From Selaginella moellendorffii (taxonomy: Eukaryota > Plantae > Lycopodiophyta): a DNA stretch of 34,957 bases. Below the pieces are notes generated by a model. It searched no databases, was not told the origin of the DNA, and was given only the letters and a program-made list of their open reading frames with translations. Positions 11,213 to 22,711 of the stretch are shown here, piece by piece; positions within the stretch are counted from its first letter, which is position 1, and each line of letters begins with the position of its first letter. Location of the stretch: positions 2,641,891 through 2,676,847 of the forward strand of contig NW_003314276.1 in NCBI RefSeq assembly GCF_000143415.4. Direction: 5' to 3'. The position numbers were made by a program, and so were the translations under genes.

Positions 11213-12533
11213 TCATCCATCGAGGCGGACGTAGACCAGCTGGGAGTAATCGCCAAACTGCCATGGCTCGAGCTGGGAGAGGCCCATGGCGTCGAACACT
11301 ACGCTGTCCTCGTCACCCAGGAGTGGCGGCGGAGTTCTCGCGGGATCGTATGAGCGCTGCTTGCTCAATCCGGGGCTGGCCACTGGCGGGAGCTCCCAGT
11401 AGGTCTGTAGCATGGAGTCGAAGATCCCGTGGTTGCGGACATGATCCCGGTGAGTGATGTAGACGCTGGCGCGATCGGGTTTGTCGCGCATCTGGCCCCG
11501 GACACCCCACCACTCTCCTTTACTGCTGCAAATCTCCGAGATCTCGATGGCACGGTCCCAGGATTTCTTGCGCTGGGATCTCGCTGCGGCCTCGCGGCTG
11601 TCGATCGAGCAATTGTGGCCACCACCTGGATGATCGTGACGATCGTCCGGTGTGATCACAAGAAGCAAAAGTAAGAACGATGGAATGATCGATGGATTTG
11701 CTGGTTACCTGTGCTTTGCTGGTCGCAGACTTGTCGGAGAGAGTACGCCTCCCCGGAGCCAGTGTCGGAGTTATTCGCAAAGATGAGGTGCTGGAAGCCG
11801 GCGTTCCTCGCTTGGAGCACTCTATAGAAGAAGGAAAGCGAGAATCACAAGGAAGACACGACTGGCATACCTCTTGAATTGGTTCTGGTGATCATCGAAG
11901 ACGAGCAGGATCTTGGCCTTGCGGATGCTTGGATTGAGAAGATTGTCCCAATCGAGGCTCCCGAAATCGTTGTCTCTCGTTACGTAGATCGTGTTGGCGT
12001 GGACGTATGATGGATGCTCCGTGCCCAGCGCGATGATCCGTGCATCTGGCACGGCCCGGCGTAGGATCCACGTCGAGTGGCCCCGGTGCCCGCCGCTCTC
12101 GATGATAATCTCCGGCTGGAGCCGCCGCGCTAAGAACCAGAGGCCGAAGGAATGATCCAGCCCCAAGGCTCCCCTCTGGTACTGTTTGATCGGCCGCGAC
12201 TCGTAGAGGGGGATGAAATCCCTGAGCGCGAAGAGAAGCTCGCTCTTGCTCCAGGCCACTTCTTTCTTGGACCTATAGATGCGATCGATGGAGCGAGATT
12301 ATCAAGGATTTCGACCGGATCGGTCACGATCCCGGCGCTTACTTGCAGTGCGGCACGCCGAGCAGCCCGAAATCCCAGGAAGAATCGCGTCCCGCCGCCG
12401 CGAGCTTCTCCTCGATGCAGTAGTGGCCACCCGGCGCCGATCCGAGATGCTTCCAGTCGAGATTCCACTCCAGCGCGAGCAGCAAGAGGAGCATCGCGAG
12501 CAAGATCAGCAGCGCTCGCGAGAGGAGCTCCAT
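11213..12533 (-). CDS. Conserved plant SAM-dependent methyltransferase-like protein with N-terminal signal anchor, multi-exon
   Basis: MELLSRALLILLAMLLLLLAL anchor; PLYESRPIK, DHSFGLWFLARRLQPEIIIESGGHRGHSTW, FDDHQN, YWELPPVA and YDPAR match a conserved uncharacterised plant family. Confidence 0.8.
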
Positions 12534-12837
12534 TCTCCTTGGACTAGGAAAAAATAAAAGAGTGGGAAAAAAATTTAAAATGGATAAGGCTCTTAACCGC
12601 CAGTGCGATTTCAAATTTTAGGGCGAAATGGGTGTCTTCGCGCGAAAGATTTTTACCCGTTTGATCTTCGTCGCCCATCCACCAGCGTTTTCATTCGGTT
12701 TCCCTGGTCTCCACTCGATACAAGAAATTTACCTTCGTCTTTTACTCGGATAAGTGAGAGGAGTATATTCTCTGCTTTTGTGTAGTTATATAACTGTGTT
12801 GATCACTCCTGCGAGCTTCCGGATCGTCGGCAAAGAA

Positions 12838-14034
12838 ATGCCCCAGATTCGATCGGTGCGATCATGGCTGATGCTGCTCGTTGCCTCGATCTCGGGCAGC
12901 TTGCTGCTCACGGTGCTTGTCTCGATCTGCCGCGGTAGCAGGAGGTCCATCACCGTCGCCCAGGCGCCGCCATTCCCCTATGAGCCCACTTGGATCCTCT
13001 CCAGATCGAGCCGGATCAAGCTCGAAGCCAAGATTTCGATGATCAAGCTCTCCAATGATCGAACCGGATAGACCAAGCAGCTCGGGAAGCTCGCCGACAT
13101 CGATTGCCTCACGCTGCCCCCTTCTTCAAACGGCGAAACGATTCAAGAATGCTGGAACGATCTTCGCCGCCGCCAATTCCTGGCGGTGCTGGACAGGATC
13201 TACGCCATGCCCGCCAGCGATCTGGAGCGATTCCAGCCCCAGCAGCACTGGCAGATCTTCGATCTCATCACGCCCACCTATGGCTGCGATTCCAACACCC
13301 TTCGCCGGATTGGAGGGCCCAACGATGGCGGCAAGTGGATCTGTGGCCCAATTCGCGTCACTGGATCCAAATGCGTCGTCTTCTCCATGGGGAGCAACAA
13401 TCAATTCGACTTCGAGGAGGCGATCGTCCGTAGCACCGGACAGTGGCGTGTGAGATCCACACTTTCGATTGCACTGGCGAGTGGTCTAACCCTCACACGC
13501 AATTCCATGCCTTGGTGGCGAGGATCGAATCGATGAGAGTGGAAAAACTTTCAAGCGATTGAATACCATCGTCCGAGAGCTCGGTGTGTCGGGCTTGACC
13601 TTGCTCAAGATGGATATCGAGCATGGAGAGTATGAAGTTTTCGAGAGCTTGAAGCGAGCACCTGAGGTATCCCACGATCCCTCCTTTTCTTTCAAGTCTT
13701 TTTACCCGAATCGCTAGGAATTTCTCCCGGATCATATTCTAGTGGAGCTCCACACTTGGGAGTATCCAAGAACGAGCAAGCACTCCAAAGATTGGGTGAA
13801 AACTATCATCGATTTGGTGAGAGACATTGACGCAATGGGATATAGCTTTGCATTCCAAGAAAGAACCATTGGTTGCGGTAAGAAAATTCTCTCAAGTTCT
13901 CGTAGCGGCAGGGAATCTTGTCTGAATCTTTCTCTATTCTTTTTGCAGTGGCATGTTTTGAATACGTGCTCGTTCGGGATCGCCCTTCGACAATCAATCC
14001 CAAGGGAAATTTGAAAAACTGGACGGAGTCATAG
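12838..14034 (+). pseudogene. Methyltransf_22 / METTL24-like type II membrane methyltransferase pseudogene
   Basis: Motifs RIGGPNDGGKWICG, CVVFSMGSNNQFDFE, CEIHTFDCT, LLKMDIEHGEY and ILVELH. Disrupted by an in-frame TAG at 13069-13071 and frameshifts near 13445 and 13512. Confidence 0.8.
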
Positions 14035-14111
14035 TAGGAGTCAAATAGTCAATATTCTTAGAATATTCAGTTAATCTCGCGAAAATATTCTTGACGATGG
14101 GGGAATATGCT

Positions 14112-14890
14112 TTATTTGCTATTTTGCCACGTCTTACGCGGGAAGCAGCAGGAGTCTGGGATCTCTGCAAAGAACATGCATTTGGTCGTGCTTGAGCATT
14201 GTGTTGACGACAAGGCGTTGTTTCCCTCGAGCTCGGGACAAACGGTGGCTGCTCCAGCCCATGGAATTCCATTGGTTCTAACGAATGCCGGCTTGCCGCT
14301 TCCGAAATCCGTGCCAGCCATCTCCAATCGCTGCCAGCTCGAGATCATCAGATCCCAGCGGTGGAAGGAGGGCGAGATCTCTAGCGGGCTCTTGCCCGAT
14401 GCAATCCAGGCCACTGTGGATAGCATGTGTTGGTGCGTGATCTTGCACTTGGCTTCTTGGATGATATTCACAGCACGGTCAATCGGTCCTGCCAGCAGCT
14501 GCTCAACGGTGGAGGAAGCGGTTGCAACAAAGATTACATTACCATGAAATCCATTGGAAAGCCGAGGATAGAAATGTTTTCTCCCATCCACCGCGAACCC
14601 TTGCTTTGTTTCTTCATGCGGTTGAAGAACCGAGAGCTCGGTTCTAGCGCAGGTGATGGCGATCCAGAGGTGAGCTGCCAGCATTTCGAATCAAGCCGCG
14701 GTGTTTTCGCTCTCTAGCAGCGATCGAATGCTGCTGCTTATGAAGGAGAGGAATACTCACTCCACATAGCTGGAGTCAGGAGAGGACAGAGTCTCGGTCT
14801 GGAACTCCGGTGGGGTGGATTCTGGTGGAATTGCGTAGGCTTGCAGGAGTAGTGATCGATCCAGGTGTGGCAGATTGACGAGATGTTCCT
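14112..14890 (-). pseudogene. BAHD acyltransferase C-terminal fragment (pseudogene)
   Basis: PHLDRSLL, FEMLAAHLW, FAVDGRKHFYPRLSNGFHGNVIF and DFGSGKP (DFGWG variant). Stops lie upstream, and the N-terminal HXXXD region is not seen. Confidence 0.75.
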
Positions 14891-15299
14891 GGCCGGAAGA
14901 AATCAGAGTGTTTTTCCAATCGATGGTGGCCGATATCCTGACGAAGCCACTAGGTATGGCGGCTGGATTGATAAGGACCCCTCCTTGATTACTAGGGAAA
15001 TGGGCAGTGCTAGGGGCTCAGGAATGTCGTCCAAGATAAGTGAAAGATCCACCACCTAGTCAAAATGAGAAAGAGGCAGTGGGGTACTTTGTTCATATAC
15101 CCTGACGAATTTCATCAAAGCTTTGTTACATTTCTGGGCCAAGATTTTGAACATTTCCTTGAAAGTAAAGAATTTGGTTTCTAATCAGGAATTTCTCATT
15201 CACAACCTTGTATAACTTCGACAGCCTAGAGAGATCTTAATCTTTCTTCATCAAATTTGATCTCAAATTTCACAAGGGGTTTTTCCTTGATTGATCCCC

Positions 15300-16280
15300 A
15301 AGTTATACCTTGCCATTAGGCTCATGAGCTTTTGGCAATCAAAGTTGTAAAGCTTGTAAGCCTTCATCTAATCATGGTACCCCAGGAAGAAGCATTTCCT
15401 TCTCTTGGGATCAAGTTTCTTGTGTACATCAGGAATGTGGGCATATGCCACACACCCAAAATTTTATGCGCTTCTCCCCAGACACATGAGAAAGTTCAGA
15501 GTGTTGAAGCATACAGCGTGTGTTCTCCTCAAGAGTTCTATTGGCGTGCTCGGCAACGCCATTTTGCTGAGGGCTATAAGTAGTAGACTATACCAGCATT
15601 CTGGAGAAACTGGTGGAATTCATTGGAGATGAATTCCCCTCCACCATCTATGCGATATACCCTGATCTTCTTGCTTGTGGCAGTCTCTGCCCAGGTTTTA
15701 TAGGCTTTGAAGTGTATAGCAAACGTCACTTGGACAAGATCTAATTTCCCTAAAGCACCATCATCATGTGATCGTCGAGGAAATGGAAGTCTTGGCAGTT
15801 GGCATGCTTCATAAATCCCGAGTCGTCCAAAGGGAAGAGTGAAACCTTCAACCAAATTGAGGTGAGCAATAAAGTCGATGTCTTGCTCGTTCCACTAGAT
15901 CACCATCTGTTCCAAAGATGGTGCAGCTAGTAGCGAAGAAGAAAGTGGAGAAGCCTGGGTCTGATGCTATGCCAACAGAAAGAACTATTTGACCAGCTAC
16001 TGAACATCCTCTCGAGGCATTTGCGTGAGCTATCCGGAAGCTTGATGACCACTATTCCATGCCCAAAAACTATGAGGCCTCTCTTGTTCCCCATGTACAC
16101 TTATTTCAAGGTCTTCAACGCTGTGTAAGTGTGGAAGGCAGACCTGAGAGCTGCGATGTGCATTGAAGTCCCTGAATCCATCTAGAGAGTTTTAGCTTCT
16201 AATTCCTGTGATGAGCAGATAGTCATCATCAACAGAGAATCAGGTTGAGAGGTCTTCGGCAACTTTCTTGAGGTGGCACA
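15300..16280 (-). mobile_element. Degenerate Ty1/Copia retrotransposon pol fragment (protease to integrase)
   Basis: Protease-like MDSGTSMHIA (about 16160-16180); integrase RIDGGGEFISNEF, PQQNGVAEHANRTLEE and GCVAYAHIPD..KKLDPKRRKCFFLGY in Copia order, with stops and deletions. Boundaries are approximate. Confidence 0.85.
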
Positions 16281-16294
16281 CTCAACAATTATTA

Positions 16295-16297
<3 letters not shown>

Positions 16298-16334
<37 letters not shown>
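16298..16334. repeat. (AT)n microsatellite, about 18 units
   Basis: Directly visible. Confidence 0.98.
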
Positions 16335-16339
<5 letters not shown>

Positions 16340-17824
16340 ATAATACTCATAAGTGGAAATTATATGTAAATAAATTGACATTTTTTCCATACTAATCTCA
16401 ATAAGAGATTGAGAAAAATTTCTAGACATGGTATATCTGAATAAAACTTCAAAACATTTTCACCTCATATTAAAAGTACAGTTATTTTATTGTATTAAAT
16501 ACAAATTTTCAAATTATATTCCTTTAGCATAGAATAGATTTTTAATTCTTGACTCATTCTGAGGAACCTGGGCACTGTAGATCTGAATCTTTAAGAGATT
16601 TAGTTTTCCTTCAAAGTAAATGGTATTGTGTCAATACATTAGTATTGACTTCAAATGGGTTGAATTGCATTTGACATTATTTACTCAAAGTATGGTATTT
16701 CAAAGTTTTCTCCAAGATTCTCTCAAAATAATGTCCATCTCTTCCACACATTCCTAAATCTCAAACATAAAAGAAAAAGGGAAAAAAATTGTATCCAATA
16801 GCTTACCTTTACAATGTAGATCAATGCCTTTCCACTTGGTTCTTGCCAGCCGCTCCAACCAGGCTGATTGCCTGTTGGGACGGGGGCTCCATGAGCATGA
16901 CGTTCTCGAGTGAGAAGTGCACGAGCTTCTCCATTGTGTCATTGCCACCCGGATATCACGATCGGCAAGCCATTTAACAGTTCGGCTGTTGGTGTGGAGC
17001 TGGAGCAAAAGCCACACAAAAACAAGGCATGGACCTGTGAAACTATGGGTGAAACTCCACTGCTGTGCAGAAGAAGTTCGAAAAATCCCAGCTCATCCTG
17101 CTGGAGCTGAGGATGAGTGATTGAACAATGCCCTCACAATCCTGAGAATTTGATGGACTCGGCTGCTGCTAAACCAACTCACCACGTGGAGATTCCATCC
17201 CGCTGCTAGTGATTCCATTTTTCTTCCTCACGTAATCCATGAGGAAATCGTGGCCGTTGGTTCTATGGTCCAATCCTGGCCGCTGGTTCAGTGGTCCGTA
17301 CCGTGCCGGTTCAAGACTTTCGTATTTCACTTTTCATCCGTGCAGATGCCGTACTGTTTGTCGTTCTTTCGCGGGAGCGCCCGGTCTAGAGCGTCCTCTC
17401 AAATACCCGCGGGCAGGACGTGGGAAATGAAAGCTCTAATGCTGTCGGGTGGGCCCATTCCGCCATCATGTTCAAAAGGATTCTTTGGAATATTACATGC
17501 AAGGTATGAGCGCGTCGCGATTGATTTGAGCTCTCCTTTCCATCCAGAGCTAGGGTTTTCCTTGCCATGGCAAAGAATCAAGAAGCGTCGAGGTACAAAG
17601 GATCGAAATTTCGCTGCTTGGAATCATCGGCATTGACAGATCGAGAGAGCGTTAGCTTGTTCTTGAATCTTGATGTGTAATTCCATGGTTCCAGGGCAAG
17701 AGGGAAGAGATCTCGAGGCTCTGGAGCTGGCGATGGAGCCCAGAATGAGGAAGAGCAGCCACGGAATCGGTAGATTTCGAGATCGCTTTCTTTCTCTTTT
17801 GAAATTTGAGGTCGCCTTTCATGA

Positions 17825-18410
17825 ATGTCTGGATGCGTTAGGCGGTTTCGAGCTGCTCCGGGACCGGGAGCTGGAGCTGCGCCGGTAGATGATGCGCTGA
17901 GAGCTGGAGCTGCGCCGGGAGATGGTGCGCTGAGAGCTGGAGCTGTGCCAGGAGCTGGAGGTCAGAGGTAAAGCGAGCTTCTTTCTCGTTTGTTCATCAT
18001 CCATGCTTTCATTCTTTCTTTCATTTGTGCTTGTGTTTCTTTCATTCCATTCTTTCATTCTTTCTTCTAGGCACTTGATCATCCATTTTGCTTGCAGGTT
18101 TTCGAAACGCCTCACGGCCACGGATGTTAGTCAGCAAAATCGCCTCACCATACCCAAGAATTACACATGTTTCTTCACGGAAGAAGAAGACGACGAGGCC
18201 ATCGACCAAGGCGAGGCTGTGGCGAAAGACGTGAAACTGCACCATGGGAACTTCGAGTGGACACTCGGCATGAGATTCCAAGCGGGAAGGAGCAATTACC
18301 TTCTCAATTGGAAGCCTGTGGTAGATCATCTCCACCTTGAAGCTGGACGCATGGTAACGCTCAGCAAGCTGGGAGTGTACGACTTTCTACTTGAGGTGGA
18401 GCTACATTGA
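17825..18410 (+). CDS. Small B3 DNA-binding domain protein; exons 17825-17967 and 18098-18410
   Basis: FSKRLTATDVSQQNRLTIPK...W...YLLNWKPVVDHLHLEAG is a B3 signature. A phase-2 GT-AG intron joins an upstream Gly/Ala-rich exon in frame. The start codon is tentative. Confidence 0.75.
17868..17960 (+). repeat. 33-bp tandem repeat (about 2.8 copies) within B3 exon 1
   Basis: GAGCTGGAGCTGCGCCGG(T/G)AGATG(A/G)TGCGCTGA units start at 17868, 17901 and 17934. Confidence 0.9.
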
Positions 18411-19203
18411 GTGTGGAGCAATGCAGTTTGATCAATGCAAACGCTTTTGTGGTGATTCTTTTCTGGCTCGTCTTCTCTTGCGCCTAAAAGAAGATGATCG
18501 TTGACGTTGGCCACAGCAGCAGCACGCCCGCGACGTATCCCCTAGCGGATCTCCATCCAGCGTGGTTCCAAACACAAATCAGGCTCGCCTTGTTAGTTTT
18601 CTCTTATCAAGAGAATCTGTTCTTGGAGGCGTTCGTACAAACTCTCTCTTCGTGTTCAAATGCTTGAACAGAAACTCAAAAGCCCATCTTGCTCGGGTTT
18701 TTCTAACTGGTTTTGCGCGACCAGACTCTCGTCCACTCGCGGCAGATCGAAGTGTGCTTCTCTTCCTGTATAAATCACAGTCTGGCTGCAAAGAACAAAG
18801 TAACCTATAATTCAAGATACTTATCTGACTTGATTGTTACTGTGAGGATGGAATTTCTTTCTCGCAGCAGTGTGTGTTCTTAAGTCCACGTGAGCTCATG
18901 GCAACTCGTCCCACTTTGGCTGGGCGAGCCTCCAAAACGATCTCGTTGGCTCAGTCACGCTCATCCGTGCTCTAACCAGACAGACAGCTCGAGAAGTGTG
19001 TGCAAATCGCTTAAGGATTGCTGCTTTTCATCTTTCAACGTCTTGTTGTGATGTGAAAAGGGATGGACATAACACTCATGAGCTCGTTCCGACTCTTTTT
19101 GACTCAGCTCATGACCACGTGGACATGCCACGTCAGCTGATCGAGACTGACATCTCGACACGTCTGTCTATATACAACATTTGCTCTAGGGTACTCCAAT
19201 CCA

Positions 19204-20004
19204 ATGGAGCTTTCTGGATGGATGCTGTGGGAAATATTCTGCCATCTTGATCTCCGAAGTCTTCTTCGTTGCAGGCTTGTGTGCAAAGCATGGGATTCTC
19301 TCATCTCCCACAACTTCTCCCGGTTTTATGGCGATCAGCCGGCGGTCATGGTGTTCTTTACAAGCAGTACGGAGGTATGGTTCCCATTCTCCAGATCACA
19401 GCCTAGCTTCAAATTAAACATTGGGTACGATCAAATATGTCGCTCATTGCCTGCTATAGCATCAAATGGATTGATTGCCGGATGGTTGTCAGAAAGCCCT
19501 TCTGATCTCTTTGTATGGAACCCTTTGACCAACCATCGCAAGGTTTTTCCAAACAAAGAAACTACTAAAGAAGAGTTTATAGTGGATCCAGTGACACGGA
19601 ATTACACGCTGTGGATTTATGGGCACGAGAGTGACAATGTGATGGTTTACAAATCTGAGACAGGGGAGTGGTCAGAGATGAAGAAAAGATATCTGGGCAA
19701 AGTTGACTATGCAACTACCGTCTCTGGACCTGGTGATATACGTACCCTGTATATATGGAAGTGCGAACCTCGGAGACTGGTGGCAAAATTCCCTTTCCGC
19801 GATGAATGGGTGAGACGTTTCAATCGGAGGCCTCCCTTGCATTTTAGCGATTTAGTTGGGAATATGGTGATTTGCAGCTTCATGTTCCACGGAGTTTACA
19901 TGGCATATGACTTGGTTCATGACACTTGGGACACTTTCCAAACAGTAGAACTAAAATCTGCTCAGTATTATGAACCTTTTATACCTAGCTTGGATAAGCC
20001 ATGA
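19204..20004 (+). CDS. F-box protein (intronless, 266 aa)
   Basis: LWEIFCHLDLRSLLRCRLVCKAWDSLI F-box; IASNGLI, FVWNPLT and VYKSETGEW. Confidence 0.88.
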   Translation: MELSGWMLWEIFCHLDLRSLLRCRLVCKAWDSLISHNFSRFYGDQPAVMVFFTSSTEVWFPFSRSQPSFKLNIGYDQICRSLPAIASNGLIAGWLSESPSDLFVWNPLTNHRKVFPNKETTKEEFIVDPVTRNYTLWIYGHESDNVMVYKSETGEWSEMKKRYLGKVDYATTVSGPGDIRTLYIWKCEPRRLVAKFPFRDEWVRRFNRRPPLHFSDLVGNMVICSFMFHGVYMAYDLVHDTWDTFQTVELKSAQYYEPFIPSLDKP

Positions 20005-20439
20005 GCATAATACACAACACTATGGATCCACAGAGCTGATTTAGTTCCCAGTAGGGAGAGCTAGTTTTTCGTCAGGTTTTCAAACCAACACCACTTGATT
20101 AAGCCAGAAAATTCTACAAATTTTCTTAAAATAAAAAGAGATGGACTTCAAGATCAAAGTAAAGTAAAACAAAAGGCTCCTTGGGTGATTCTAATTCTCT
20201 GACTTTGTTTCTATAATCAGATATTACGCTCCTAAAGCTGAAATGAGTTGCACACAAGTAGAGGAACTTGTGTTGTATCCCAGTAAAAACTGTTATCTAT
20301 ACAAGAAGTCTTTAGGATAATTGAAATTGTGCACCCTCTCCAAACTACCACGCCTTGGAAACAAACCCTGTGTTCCAAAGAAAAACAATCATATCACCAT
20401 TGTCATGCTGTACAATAGCCTAGATTAACTCCATTCTAT

Positions 20440-21137
20440 CAGCCTGGAGCAACATTCCTCTCATGCTCGATCCAACACCGGTTTGATCCCAAGTCATAGC
20501 CTATCTGTTGACCGCCCTCCACCCAACCCTGGTGACGCCGCCACGACTAGGTCAACGAGTCAAACACGTCAATGCCCTTCTTTAGACTTCCATCTTTGAC
20601 CGCCACCACTGTAGCCACCACTGTAACCAACCTCCGTAAGCGCCTCCTCCACCGCCGTAAGCACCACCGCCAGTCGCAAAGCCTCCACCACCATAGGCGC
20701 CCTTTGAATCGAATGAGTGTTTTACCTGGCAGCACCACAAATGAGCCGGATTCCACACCGCAAACTTTGCACCAGCAAGAAGTGGTGGGAGAAACAAAGC
20801 AGGCCCCCGGCAGAGGCAACGGGCTCCCAGTAGCGGACCGAATCCGGATCTGGCAGTGGCAAAACAGTTGCATCGTCGTTACTGAAAGGTAGTGGTGCTG
20901 TAACTGATCTTTTGTGTATTCAAGGACCAGAGGAGGAAATCTCCAGCATGACTGTCAATCACTGCTCTCCACCTGTGGCACACAGATGCTTTCACAAAAA
21001 TCCGTGCTGTACCAAAACCTATTTATGTTAAACCAGGCATATTCTATAGAATCATTATAATGCAGAAAAGAGTTTCTGTTGTATTACTTCGTCTAGGCAG
21101 TGAGAAGGCCGCTGGGAGATTCAAGATCTCAAGCATG
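20440..21137 (-). pseudogene. Degraded F-box (kelch-associated type) gene remnant
   Basis: Fragments LDEVIQQKLFSAL, SVCHRWRAVI, PVASAGGLLCF, FAVWNP and IDVFDSLT*SW lie in shifting frames. Confidence 0.55.
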
Positions 21138-21216
21138 AGTTTGAGGATGAGAATGATTTTTTCCCGTTTTTTAAATGACACAGCTTGATGCCATCACAAG
21201 TCTAGTTTTGAGCCTT

Positions 21217-21506
21217 GATGCTTTATTTCGTTAAAGTGGGACTTATTCAGTAAAGTGGGACATTAATTAGCATGTGTCCACATGCCATTTCCTAGTACTT
21301 AATTAATATTTATTAATATTTCTATCAGTTTTTTAATTTATTTTTTTATATTTCACAATATTATAACACAAAATCATATGAAAAGTTTTTAATTTATAAA
21401 TTATAAAGTTAAAACTTCAATTTTTTATTGTTGTTATAAAAATGGCATGTGGCCACACACCATAAGTGGGATAATGAAAAGTCCCACTTTAACGAAATAA
21501 AGCATC
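21217..21506. mobile_element. MITE-like element, about 290 bp, with perfect 28-bp terminal inverted repeats
   Basis: GATGCTTTATTTCGTTAAAGTGGGACTT (21217-21244) and its exact reverse complement (21479-21506). An inner inverted pair CCACATGCCATTT/AAATGGCATGTGG and an AT-rich core are also present. Confidence 0.8.
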
Positions 21507-22711
21507 TTGATAGTATTATTCTAGTAGCAGAACTTTTTATTGGAGAAAAATAATTGGTTCCGAACATCAAAATTTTGACAAGAAAACTTGTTTCGAACAT
21601 GAAAATCTAGAGAAGAAAACATAAAGTAAATACTTAGTGCTAAACTATTTCCAGCTGTGAGTGCTGTTCTTGATAGCTTAACATTCAGGTACCTCAAAGC
21701 ATCTCAGCAGAAATACATCGGCTGTTTACAAGATTTTAGGAGAAAATTCAAGGTGAAGAAGCCCCTAGCAAAAGCTTGATCACAATCTCTACAGCCGAGG
21801 AAAGTGTCTTCAACCTCTTCAAGCGTTGTTGACAAGCACCTTGCTCTGTTGTCGAGCACCGGTTTCTTTAGAGAACGTTGCAGGCTTCTTGCAATGAACA
21901 ATCTGCCTATGCTCGCTCACCCGCTTTCACTTGATTGCTATGGTATGATAACCATACCTATATAGGTATGATAACCAGCGAGCTTTGGAGCTTTACGACG
22001 AGCACCAACAAAGCTCAATGCAAAGAATTTAACGATTGGAGTCGGCTTTGAAATTCTGAAGGAACAACGATTTTAATTGATCGCTCCTGGGCCAATCGTG
22101 TCCGAGTAGAAGGGTGTCACAGCTGAAAAAATTCCACTCGATTTCACATCTGAAAAATTTCCTTTACGATATATATTTATAATATCTTCTCGACTTTTTA
22201 CATCACAATCTAGAATTTATGAATGAGTCGCTCGTCTCGTCACTGGGGTGTCAAAATCTTGCACATACGATGCTGATGCTAGATCCAAAGTAAAAAATTA
22301 CAAAACAATGCAGACACTACCTTGTCTCTAGTCATCGGACCGACAGTACGAAAAGAGAGCGTTAAACTTCCATTGTAGTTCATGGCTGTTAATTCAAACA
22401 TCATGGACAAAATCCTCCAAAACCACAGGAAGCTCGCTGTTCTTCCGGCAAATTCCTAGTGAAACATACACCACCAGCATCGCTGTTACTGGCTAAGAAT
22501 CATAACAACAAACTTTATTCCTAGATTGAAAATATCACCATGGAAACAAGCTGCTGAGAAGCTGGAAACTTTTCACCGCCATTCCGCGTTGCCTCTTTCT
22601 TTTGTAGTTTTTTCTCTCCTGTGGCTCGATAGGTGTACAGGACAGCCTGCAAGCCTGCCTTGTTGTAACTCTCCTGTTCCAAAAACCGTGGCCTCTTTTA
22701 CCTCGAGTTCT

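Noticed and set aside
10240-11213. Group II intron RNA surrounding the domain-X ORF
   Set aside because: No domain V/VI consensus recognised, and the flanks are immediately occupied by nuclear genes.
13069-13071. In-frame TAG as possible readthrough or RNA editing site
   Set aside because: Two additional frameshifts in the same gene indicate pseudogenisation.
16750-17640. Several short ORFs and possible exon fragments
   Set aside because: No family motif recognised and no consistent gene model.
17868-17960. Short repeats considered as CRISPR-like
   Set aside because: No unique spacers, eukaryotic context, and in-frame coding repeat.
21700-21900. Short coding-like ORF
   Set aside because: No recognisable homology or splice context.
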